A stretch of DNA of 63,701 nucleotides, filler included. It is 7 parts of 7 records of this genome, joined end to end, with 100 filler letters (N's around TTAATTAATTAA, not from the genome) between each part and the next. Parts side by side here need not be neighbours in the genome. Positions count along the whole stretch, not along the records: positions 42,047 to 48,665 come from SRR31147125_26017; positions 48,766 to 53,974 come from SRR31147125_26026; 5 more parts are not named here. One strand, written 5' to 3'. This document shows, in pieces, positions 44,604-52,528 of this stretch. Below the pieces are notes generated by a model. That model searched no databases. It had not been told where the DNA came from and saw only the letters and a program-made list of their open reading frames with translations. The translations under genes and the position numbers were made by a program. Positions within the stretch are counted from its first letter, which is position 1, and every line of letters starts with the position of its first letter.

Positions 44604-45524
44604 ATGGATTACAAAGTGAGCGTTGTTATTCCAACATACAAAAGAAATTCAATATATTTAAAGCGTGCGATTGATTCGGTTTTGATGCAATCATACAAAA
44701 ATATTGAAGCTATTGTAGTTGATGATAATCCGCCAGGTTCTGAACATAGAAAAATTGCAAACGATGCAATGAAAGAATATGAAAACAATGATAGAGTTGT
44801 TTATCACCAAAACAAAGAAAATGTGGGTGGTTCGTATGCAAGAAACAATGGAATAAATATTGCAAAAGGCGATTATATAACCTTTTTGGATGATGATGAT
44901 AGATATTTAGAAGATAAGGTAAAAGATCAGCTTGAGTTTATGGTGAAAAGTGGTTATGATATGACTTTTACCGACTTAAAACTTGTTAATGAAAATGAGA
45001 TTGTTGTAGATTATAGGGAGTATAGTGGACTTAAGGCATTTGATAACGATACTTTATTAAAGTATCATATAAAGAGGCACTTAACAGGTACGCCTACATT
45101 TATGTATAAAGCAGAAAAACTAAAGGAAATTGGTGGATTTGAGTTTGCAAAAGTTGGACAAGAATTCTACTTAATGCTAAAAACGATTGAAAGAGATTTA
45201 AATATTGGATACTTTCCTTCCTGTGGTGTTGTTGCATATAGACATCATGAGGGTGGGATATCTTTTGGAATGAATAAAATTGTTGGAGAAAAAACTCTAT
45301 ATGATTTTAAAAAGAAGTATTTTGATATTTTTACATCTAAAGAAAAGAGATTTATTAAATTTCGACACCGCGCTGTATTAGTTGTAAGTTTTATTAGGAT
45401 AAAAAAATACTTAAAAGCATTTATAAACTTATTACTGGCATTCTTTGCATCACCAGTTGATTTTGTAAGAGAAGGTGGAGCTTTTGTCAAAAAAGTTAGA
45501 AAGCTTAGAAGAAAATCAAAATAG
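44604..45524 (+). CDS. Glycosyltransferase family 2
   Basis: SVVIPTYKR, VVDDN, ARNNGI, FLDDDD. Confidence 0.88.
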   Translation: MDYKVSVVIPTYKRNSIYLKRAIDSVLMQSYKNIEAIVVDDNPPGSEHRKIANDAMKEYENNDRVVYHQNKENVGGSYARNNGINIAKGDYITFLDDDDRYLEDKVKDQLEFMVKSGYDMTFTDLKLVNENEIVVDYREYSGLKAFDNDTLLKYHIKRHLTGTPTFMYKAEKLKEIGGFEFAKVGQEFYLMLKTIERDLNIGYFPSCGVVAYRHHEGGISFGMNKIVGEKTLYDFKKKYFDIFTSKEKRFIKFRHRAVLVVSFIRIKKYLKAFINLLLAFFASPVDFVREGGAFVKKVRKLRRKSK

Positions 45525-45664
45525 TTTTATTTCAATATCATCTGGATGACAGGACTATCGGTATGTTTGGGGCTTTGAAATTATGATGTAGCTACTTTTT
45601 GCTTGTCTTATGTGCTAAAAGTAATGATAAATAAACTACCATTATAGATTAATATATAAGAGAC

Positions 45665-45705
45665 AAAAAAACTACTGCGTGGTTAGCACAGCAGTTTTTA
45701 TTTTT
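45665..45705. terminator. Probable bidirectional terminator
   Basis: A tract, ACTGCGTG..CACAGCAGT stem, T tract, between convergent genes. Confidence 0.5.
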
Positions 45706-45723
45706 ATAGTGTTTAGTGTTCGA

Positions 45724-46071
45724 TCAATCTAAAGTAATCAAAGCTATAATTCTTAAATCTTCGCTTCCGTCGTTTATCAAGGCATGTGGAGCATCTCCAT
45801 CTGTTTTAGCTACATCACCAGCATAAAGCTTTACATACTCGCCGCCATCCAAAACACTGCATTCGCCATTAAGAACAAAGTATACTTCGCATTCGCCTTG
45901 GTGTGAATGTTCGCCAACGCTGTCTCCTGGAGCCAAAGTAAGCTCTGAACAGAGTCTTATGTTGTTTGGTAAGTAATCATCTGCAACAATCATATTGAGT
46001 TTTGTAGGGCCTTTTCCACCTCTAAGAGCATCCTTTTCAACGTATTTTCTATCACTTTTTTTAATAATCAT
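45724..46071 (-). CDS. Cupin domain protein (TM1287-like)
   Basis: LRGGKG, PGDSVGEHSHQGECEVYFVLNG, PHALIN. Confidence 0.85.
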   Translation of the reverse strand: MIIKKSDRKYVEKDALRGGKGPTKLNMIVADDYLPNNIRLCSELTLAPGDSVGEHSHQGECEVYFVLNGECSVLDGGEYVKLYAGDVAKTDGDAPHALINDGSEDLRIIALITLD

Positions 46072-46088
46072 ATTATTTTACCTTTCTA

Positions 46089-46465
46089 TTATTCATCCTT
46101 ATAGTACATAGAATCCTGTATTTGGTGCTTTTGCTGATCCTCGCCACTTTTTTCATTTCCATCATCATTTGTAGAATTTCCGAAGAAATAATTAAAAATA
46201 GGGATAGTCAAAAAAACAATCCATGCAACATTCCACGCGCTATATACAAAACCTAATGTTAAAAATACAATGACGCATAAAATTGGAACGACATGTATGA
46301 ATTTTTTTCTTTAGAGACGATAAAATAGTAAACGGGTATTGTAAGAAAAACAATCCATGCAATCTTCCATAAATCCCATAAGTACCCCATAAGGAAAAAA
46401 GCTATTACGCATAAAATTGGGTAAGGAAACTTTGCGGGGTCACGCTTATTGTTGTTTTCATCCAT
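46089..46465 (-). CDS. Small membrane protein with an internal duplication, frameshift near 46305
   Basis: Two copies of PILCVI.F..G....W..AWIVFLTIP lie in adjacent frames, separated by an A-run. Confidence 0.6.
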
Positions 46466-46539
46466 AATCTTTCGCCGCCTTTCAAAATATATGACTATTT
46501 AAAAAAAGGACAGTTTAACACTGCCCTATTCTTTATAAA

Positions 46540-48477
46540 TTAGTTGTTCTTTTTTGTGTGGTTTAAAAGTCCACCGTCAACGATTACTTTTCTAAGCCTT
46601 TCGGATGTTTCTAAAACTACTTTGAATTCAAAGCCCTTAGTTTTGTTCAGCATAGTAAAGTCCGCTTTGCCTAAAACTTTGTCAACACTATCGGTTATAA
46701 CAAGTTCATCGCCAAGGTCTATTTTATCGTATATGCTTTCATCTTCAAATACCAATGGTAGTATACCAGAGTTTATTAAGTTTGCCATATGAATTCTAGC
46801 AAATGACTTAGCAATAACACCTTTTATTCCAAGATAAAGAGGAACTAGCGCAGCATGTTCTCTTGAAGATCCTTGACCATAGTTATGACCAGCAACTAAG
46901 AATCCGCCGCCTTTTTGTTTTGCTCTTGCAGGAAAAGCTTCGTCTACTGGAGCTAAGCAATAGTCAGAAAGATGAGGAATATTTGATCTATATGGCAATA
47001 ATTTTGCGTTAGATGGCATGATATGATCTGTTGTGATGTTGTCCTCCATTATTAATAAGACTTCACCTTTAGTCTCTTGTGTTAGTTCATCGTTTAGCGG
47101 GAATGGTTTAATGTTTGGACCTCTTACTACTTCAACATCATTTGCACTATCAGCAGGAGCTACAATTAGATTATCGTTTATCATAAACTCTTTTGGTTGC
47201 TCAATGTTAATAAGTTCATCTAAATCGATTCCAGCATCAGTTGGATCTGTTAGATACCCGTTTACAGCAGAAATAGCCGCTACTTCTGGGCTAACTAGAT
47301 ACACGTCAGCAGATTGTGTTCCGCTTCTTCCAAAGAAGTTTCTGTTAAAAGTTCTTAGTGAAACAGCATCGCTTTTTGGTGATTGTCCCATACCTATACA
47401 TGGGCCACATGCACATTCCATAAACCTTGCGCCAGCAGCAATCATATCAGCAAGTGCACCGTTTTTTGCAAGCATATTGAAAACTTGTTTTGATCCAGGC
47501 GATATAACTAAGCTTGTATTTTCTGATATGGTTTTGCCTTTTAGGATCTTTGCTGTTTTCATCATGTCTAAATAGGATGAGTTTGTGCAAGATCCAATAC
47601 ATACTTGATCGACAGCGATTTTACCAATTTCCTCAACAGATTTAACTGCATCTGGGCTGTGTGGACAAGCTGCAAGTGGTTTTATGCTAGAAAGATCAAC
47701 AGTGATCTTTTCATCATATTCCGCATCAGCATCAGGTAAAAGCTCAATGTAATCTTCTTCTCTGTCTTGTGCCTTTAAAAATTCTCTAACCGTGTCATCA
47801 GATGGGAAAACAGATGTAGTTGCTCCAAGCTCTGCGCCCATGTTTGTTATGGTTGCTCTTTCAGGAACACTTAGAGTCTCAACTCCAGGACCTGTATATT
47901 CAACGATTTTAGAAACGCCGCCTTTAACAGATAAAACCCTTAAAACTTCTAAGATGATATCCTTTGCTGCAACACCTTTGTTTAGTTTTCCTGTGAGTTC
48001 TACGTTTAAAATTTTTGGCATTGGTATATAATACGCACCGCCAGCCATAGCAACAGCAACGTCTAATCCCCCAGCACCAATAGCCAACATACCAATTCCG
48101 CCGCCAGTAGGTGTGTGACTATCTGAACCAAGAAGTGTAGCGCCTGGTTTAGAAAATCTCTCTAGATTAACTTGGTGACAAATACCGTTACCTGGTTTAG
48201 AAAAATATACTCCGTGTTTTTTTGCTACAGTTCCAATATATTTATGATCGTCCGCATTTTCAAAGCCAGACTGAATGGTGTTATGGTCGATATATGCAAC
48301 GCTCTTTTTTGTTTTAACTCTGTCTACTCCCATAGCCTCAAACTGAAGATATGCCATTGTACCTGTAGAATCTTGTGTAAGTGTATAATCGATTTTAATA
48401 CCAATCTCTTGTCCTGCAATCATCTCACCGCTAAGTAGGTGATCTTTAATAATTTTTTTCGATAGTGAATAACCCAT
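46540..48477 (-). CDS. Aconitate hydratase (short clostridial type)
   Basis: QDSTGTMA, GNGICHQ, GSDSHT, IGSCTN, CACGPCIG, TFNRNF, NITTDHI, NYGQGSSREHA. Confidence 0.92.
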   Translation of the reverse strand: MGYSLSKKIIKDHLLSGEMIAGQEIGIKIDYTLTQDSTGTMAYLQFEAMGVDRVKTKKSVAYIDHNTIQSGFENADDHKYIGTVAKKHGVYFSKPGNGICHQVNLERFSKPGATLLGSDSHTPTGGGIGMLAIGAGGLDVAVAMAGGAYYIPMPKILNVELTGKLNKGVAAKDIILEVLRVLSVKGGVSKIVEYTGPGVETLSVPERATITNMGAELGATTSVFPSDDTVREFLKAQDREEDYIELLPDADAEYDEKITVDLSSIKPLAACPHSPDAVKSVEEIGKIAVDQVCIGSCTNSSYLDMMKTAKILKGKTISENTSLVISPGSKQVFNMLAKNGALADMIAAGARFMECACGPCIGMGQSPKSDAVSLRTFNRNFFGRSGTQSADVYLVSPEVAAISAVNGYLTDPTDAGIDLDELINIEQPKEFMINDNLIVAPADSANDVEVVRGPNIKPFPLNDELTQETKGEVLLIMEDNITTDHIMPSNAKLLPYRSNIPHLSDYCLAPVDEAFPARAKQKGGGFLVAGHNYGQGSSREHAALVPLYLGIKGVIAKSFARIHMANLINSGILPLVFEDESIYDKIDLGDELVITDSVDKVLGKADFTMLNKTKGFEFKVVLETSERLRKVIVDGGLLNHTKKNN

Positions 48478-48665
48478 TTACGCTCCTTTATAGTTAATAA
48501 TATTCAAAACTTTTACTATCTCCATTTTATTAAAAAACAGCCAAAAATTCAACCTTATTGTGTTTTTTTATGCAAGTTGTAGTATAAATATGAAAAAAGC
48601 CGCATAGCGCGACTTTTCAGACCATCGATAAAGGACACAAACGCAAAACTTTCAACAATTTAAGA

Positions 48666-48765
48666 NNNNNNNNNNNNNNNNNNNNNNNNNNNNNNNNNNN
48701 NNNNNNNNNTTAATTAATTAANNNNNNNNNNNNNNNNNNNNNNNNNNNNNNNNNNNNNNNNNNNN
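48666..48765. other. Artificial contig linker
   Basis: N44-TTAATTAATTAA-N44. Confidence 0.98.
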
Positions 48766-48799
48766 CCTGGTTAACGGGGCTGTGCCCTGGACCCCGATA

Positions 48800-48867
48800 C
48801 GGACGGCCAATGGCCGTCCCTACGGCGCTATATGTAGGTTATACGTAGGGACGACCATTGGTCGTCC
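48800..48867. repeat. Inverted pair of GTAG-family REP elements (family A)
   Basis: CGGACGGCCAATGGCCGTCCCTAC (48800-48823, reverse) and GTAGGGACGACCATTGGTCGTCC (48845-48867); each is a GTAG head plus hairpin, with compensatory changes between copies. Confidence 0.75.
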
Positions 48868-48921
48868 TCCGTATGCCTCTGTCCTTAATATCATTCATAC
48901 CTATTATTCAAGGAGAAAGTC

Positions 48922-49833
48922 ATGGAAAACATCGAGGGGATCGTATTCAATATCCAGCGATACAGTATTGACGACGGTCCCGGCGTTCGGACGACCGTCT
49001 TTTTAAAAGGATGCCCGCTCACGTGTCTGTGGTGCTCCAATCCGGAGTCCCAGTGCATGAAGCCGGAGGTGACATGGCGGTATACGTCCTGTAAAAGCTG
49101 CGGGACGTGCGTTAAGGTCTGTCCCGTCGGCGCTGTCACCATGGGTGAAGACGGTGTTCATATTGATCGGGATAAATGCACGCTCTGTGAAGAATGCATT
49201 AAAAACTGCGTACCTCAGGCACTTCAGCTGTCCGGTAAGAAAATGTCGGTTGAAGAGGTGTTCAAAATCGTCAAAAAGGACGCCGACTATTATGAGGCCT
49301 CCGGTGGCGGCGTCACGGCCTCCGGCGGCGAGATTCTTGCGCAGGCCGACTTTGTCGCGGCGCTCTTTAAGCTCTCGCACGAAGCGGGCTTTCATACCAA
49401 TGCAGACACGTCCGGCTACGGCGACCCGGCTGCGCTGGAAAAGATCCTGGAATACAGCGATCTTGTGTTCTTTGATCTCAAGCATATAGACCCGGCTAAG
49501 CATCAGGAATATACCGGTGTGTCCAACGAACTGATTTTAAAAAATCTCGGGCTCGTCGTCAAAAAAGGCGTGCCTGTCGTGATACGCGTGCCGCTCATTC
49601 CGGGGTATAACGACTCGGACGACAATCTCAACGCGCTGGGACGGACCGTGAAGGAGCTTGCGCCGGATGCGCCGGTGAATCTCCTGCCGTATCACCGATA
49701 CGGCGCGAATAAATACAGGATGATCGACATGGTTTATCAGCTGGGAGATGTGCCCGAGCTGACACCCGAGCAGCTGGACCACGCTAAAGAGATTATCGAG
49801 TCCTACGGGCTGAAATGCGAGATATCAAAATAA
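48922..49833 (+). CDS. Glycyl-radical enzyme activating protein (radical SAM with a 2x[4Fe-4S] ferredoxin insert)
   Basis: DGPGVRTTVFLKGCPLTCLWCSNPE; CKSCGTCVKVCP and CTLCEECIKNC; GGGVTASGGE; LLPYH. Confidence 0.93.
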   Translation: MENIEGIVFNIQRYSIDDGPGVRTTVFLKGCPLTCLWCSNPESQCMKPEVTWRYTSCKSCGTCVKVCPVGAVTMGEDGVHIDRDKCTLCEECIKNCVPQALQLSGKKMSVEEVFKIVKKDADYYEASGGGVTASGGEILAQADFVAALFKLSHEAGFHTNADTSGYGDPAALEKILEYSDLVFFDLKHIDPAKHQEYTGVSNELILKNLGLVVKKGVPVVIRVPLIPGYNDSDDNLNALGRTVKELAPDAPVNLLPYHRYGANKYRMIDMVYQLGDVPELTPEQLDHAKEIIESYGLKCEISK

Positions 49834-49914
49834 CTGAAAGTAACACATGGTTCCCTCGCCAACCGCGGGGGATGCCTGATACAAAAATATCAAAATACTT
49901 GAGGGGGAAAAAAC

Positions 49915-51828
49915 GTGATCAAAGTCAAGCAGGAAAAAATAGACGAGCAGACCTTTGCCAAGATGCGTCAGGAACAGCTGGCGCAGTGGCCCACCGGCAA
50001 GGAAGTCGATATCGACGAGGCCGTCGAATATCATAAATCGCTGCCCGACAGCAAGAACTTCACGAAGCGTCTGGCGCAGTATAAGGCAGAGGGCAAAATT
50101 GGCCTGTTCCCGCGCTCTGGCGTCCCCGTCGTCGAAGAAGAGATCAAGCTGCTGCAGGGTCTCAACGCCGTCGGTGTGCAGCTTTTCCCGTTTACGACCG
50201 ACTCATATACGAGAAACCTCCAGTTGGACAAGGCCCAGAAGGGCTTGGAGGAAAGTATCCGCACCGGGAAGAAGAAGCTCAACGGCTACCCCATCATCAA
50301 CCACGGTGTAAAAACGACCCGGAAGGTCGTCGAGTCATGCGAGGGCGCGTTTGACCCCCGCTCGTCCCGTGTTGCCAACAGCTTCGTCGGTGAGATCGCT
50401 TTTGCCTCCGGCATGACGGCCATGCCCAACAGCTTTTTCGGCTGGATTGGCGGCTACGACAAGAAAGCAACGCCCGAGGAGTGCATCCAGACGGCCCAGT
50501 ATCTTGGCCGCCTGATCGGCCTATACGCCGACCGGGGCGTTATTATCTCCACAGACACCCACGGGTGGCTGCCTAACGGCGTTATCCCCATGTATGTCAA
50601 TATCGCCACGCAGATTATTGAGGCGCTCATCTCAGCCGGACAGGGGACAAAGAGCATCGTCCCGCTGATGAACTTCCAGGGCAACATCGCCCAGGATGTG
50701 GCCGAGATTAAAATCTGCGAAAAGCTTTTCAGAAAATACCTGGATAAAGCCGGCTTTACCGATACGATTATCCCCGGCATCATCGGCAACCAGTCGTCGT
50801 TGTTCCCGTTCCCGCAGGATCTGGGTAACGCTTTCGGCTACATAAACTACGTCGCGATGGAAGCGGCCATGACGGATCTGGCCGCCTGCTCCGTCAAGAC
50901 AATCGACGAGGCGATTGGCGTGCCGAGCCTTGAGTCCCACATGCAGACATACGCTTCGGCCAACTGGATTTTCAACGTTGTCCGCCAGCAGAAGTTTGAG
51001 GCCGATACGCCGGCGATCCAGCAGGAAATGCGCATGACGGAGCTGGCCGTCTCCGCGATCCTCGACAAGGTCCTGGAAATGGGCGACGGCGATGTGGCTG
51101 TCGGCGCTGTCAAGGCCGTTGAGGCGGGCGTTTTGGATTCGCCGTTCTCCATCAACATCTATCCGAAGGATCTCGTTATGGGCGCCAGAGACCTTGAGGG
51201 CGCGTGCCGCTATATCGACTACGGCAACCTGCCGATTCCCGAAGAAGTTCGGAAATATAACGACGAGAAGATTAAGGAAAGAGAAAAGTACGAGGGCACG
51301 AAGCTCAACTTCAAGGCCTCCATGGCTGACTTCTGGTGTCTGGCGCAGGGTAAAGCCATTGGTGCGTTCGATAAGAGCGACGTCGAGCTGGAAAAGATCG
51401 AGATGAAAGAGGTTCCGACCATCGTAACGGGCACCGTCGGCGTCGACGCGCACGTCATTGGCACGAAGATCATTTCAAGAGCGCTGACAGAGCAGGGGTT
51501 CAACGTTGTCCCGCTCGGCGCGCAGACGCCGGCCGAGGAGTTTATTAAAGCCGCGCAGGAAACGGATGCCGACGCCATCCTCATTACGTCCCTTTACGGC
51601 ATGGCTGAGATGGATGTGCAGGGTATCCGCGAGATGTGCGTCGAGGCCGGTATCGGCGATATCCTCATGTACATCGGCGGCATTCTGGGCGTCGGCTCCA
51701 GAGACTTCGCGGAGGACGAGGCCACCTTTAAAAAGATCGGCTTTGACAGGGTCTATCCGCCTGAGTCCGATGTCAATCAGTCCATTAAAGACCTTACGGA
51801 GGACCTCAAGGCCAGAAATAAAATTTAA
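49915..51828 (+). CDS. AdoCbl-dependent mutase: divergent glutamate/methylaspartate mutase E subunit fused to an S-type B12-binding domain
   Basis: QWPTGKEVD, DSYTR, LNGYP, PQD..AFG, VKT.DEAIG, GAVKAVEAGVLDSPF, RYIDYGNLP; the C-terminal domain (from about residue 497) has DAHVIG (DxHxxG), SLYG, YIGG, GFDRVYPP. Confidence 0.9.
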   Translation: MIKVKQEKIDEQTFAKMRQEQLAQWPTGKEVDIDEAVEYHKSLPDSKNFTKRLAQYKAEGKIGLFPRSGVPVVEEEIKLLQGLNAVGVQLFPFTTDSYTRNLQLDKAQKGLEESIRTGKKKLNGYPIINHGVKTTRKVVESCEGAFDPRSSRVANSFVGEIAFASGMTAMPNSFFGWIGGYDKKATPEECIQTAQYLGRLIGLYADRGVIISTDTHGWLPNGVIPMYVNIATQIIEALISAGQGTKSIVPLMNFQGNIAQDVAEIKICEKLFRKYLDKAGFTDTIIPGIIGNQSSLFPFPQDLGNAFGYINYVAMEAAMTDLAACSVKTIDEAIGVPSLESHMQTYASANWIFNVVRQQKFEADTPAIQQEMRMTELAVSAILDKVLEMGDGDVAVGAVKAVEAGVLDSPFSINIYPKDLVMGARDLEGACRYIDYGNLPIPEEVRKYNDEKIKEREKYEGTKLNFKASMADFWCLAQGKAIGAFDKSDVELEKIEMKEVPTIVTGTVGVDAHVIGTKIISRALTEQGFNVVPLGAQTPAEEFIKAAQETDADAILITSLYGMAEMDVQGIREMCVEAGIGDILMYIGGILGVGSRDFAEDEATFKKIGFDRVYPPESDVNQSIKDLTEDLKARNKI

Positions 51829-51864
51829 CGGCGAGCCTTACGCGCCGGCTTATCGCATAAAGGC

Positions 51865-51888
51865 AGGGCCGCATGAAAATGCGGCCCT
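51865..51888 (+). terminator. GC-rich hairpin downstream of the mutase
   Basis: AGGGCCGCAT-GAAA-ATGCGGCCCT perfect 10-bp stem; no U tract. Confidence 0.4.
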
Positions 51889-51916
51889 CAAATCGTCGTA
51901 AACCTGCATACAAGCT

Positions 51917-51944
51917 GCAGGGGTGGCGGATTCCATATCCGCCC
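51917..51944 (+). repeat. REP element (family B), degenerate head
   Basis: GCAGGGGTGGCGGATTCCATATCCGCCC, matching the copies at 52353-52462. Confidence 0.65.
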
Positions 51945-52032
51945 ATTCCTGCGGGACCCACAATAATGCGCCTAACGACGCTTTTATGGAACATAATGGT
52001 TTCCCGTCAGTCATAACTCACGGGGTGATAAC

Positions 52033-52326
52033 ATGAAAATACTTTTATGCGCCGTTATTTTACTTACATTATTTCTGACACCGGCGGACAGTACATTAAA
52101 AACATCCGATGAGGTACAAACGCAAGAAATGTGCGTTGTGATACCAGAAGAATTGGACGACGGCTTAGCGGCATCTATGGAAGAGCTGTATAAGCAGCGC
52201 GGGCTTTGCGACCCCAAGATGCATTTGCAGCCGGGAGACAACTGTGACCCGGATATGCTGATAGAGGTCACACCCGATAACGATCCCGGCTTTATGATGG
52301 AACAATTGCCTGAGATTGATCCCTGA
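52033..52326 (+). CDS. Small secreted acidic hypothetical protein with DP repeats
   Basis: GGGGTG Shine-Dalgarno, signal peptide MKILLCAVILLTLFLTPA, repeated (C)DPxM units. Confidence 0.55.
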   Translation: MKILLCAVILLTLFLTPADSTLKTSDEVQTQEMCVVIPEELDDGLAASMEELYKQRGLCDPKMHLQPGDNCDPDMLIEVTPDNDPGFMMEQLPEIDP

Positions 52327-52352
52327 CCGTTTGTCATGCAACATTAAACACA

Positions 52353-52462
52353 GTAGGGGCGGATTCCGTATCTGCCCGCCGCGACATGGGCGGATATGGA
52401 ATCTGCTCCGACGTTGTGATACTATTAGCGATATAAGAAGGGCGGATATGGAATCCGCCTCT
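52353..52462. repeat. Cluster of three GTAG-family REP elements (family B)
   Basis: GTAGGGGCGGATTCCGTATCTGCCC (52353-52377); reverse copies GGGCGGATATGGAATCTGCTCCGAC (52388-52412) and GGGCGGATATGGAATCCGCCTCT (52440-52462). Confidence 0.75.
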
Positions 52463-52528
52463 GGGGATAACAGATACAATTTTATTGGGCGGGACGAGGC
52501 AGCCCGCCATTATACTGGGGGCAGATAC

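Noticed and set aside
49834-49914. Possible cobalamin riboswitch before the mutase
   Set aside because: The interval is only 81 nt with one small GC hairpin and no B12-box elements.
50632-51453. 273-aa antisense ORF inside the mutase, the 221-aa ORF antisense to asd, and other overlapping ORFs
   Set aside because: These are shadow ORFs caused by codon bias on the coding strand; they have no motifs or Shine-Dalgarno sites.
52353-52462. REP cluster as a CRISPR mini-array
   Set aside because: The copies are in mixed orientation with irregular 10- and 27-nt gaps, have GTAG-hairpin architecture, and there are no cas genes.
52316-52528. 71-aa N-terminal extension of GlmL in the ORF track
   Set aside because: It is a translation of the REP cluster. 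Homology starts at MSSIRIFIDFGST (52529), which has its own G-rich Shine-Dalgarno.
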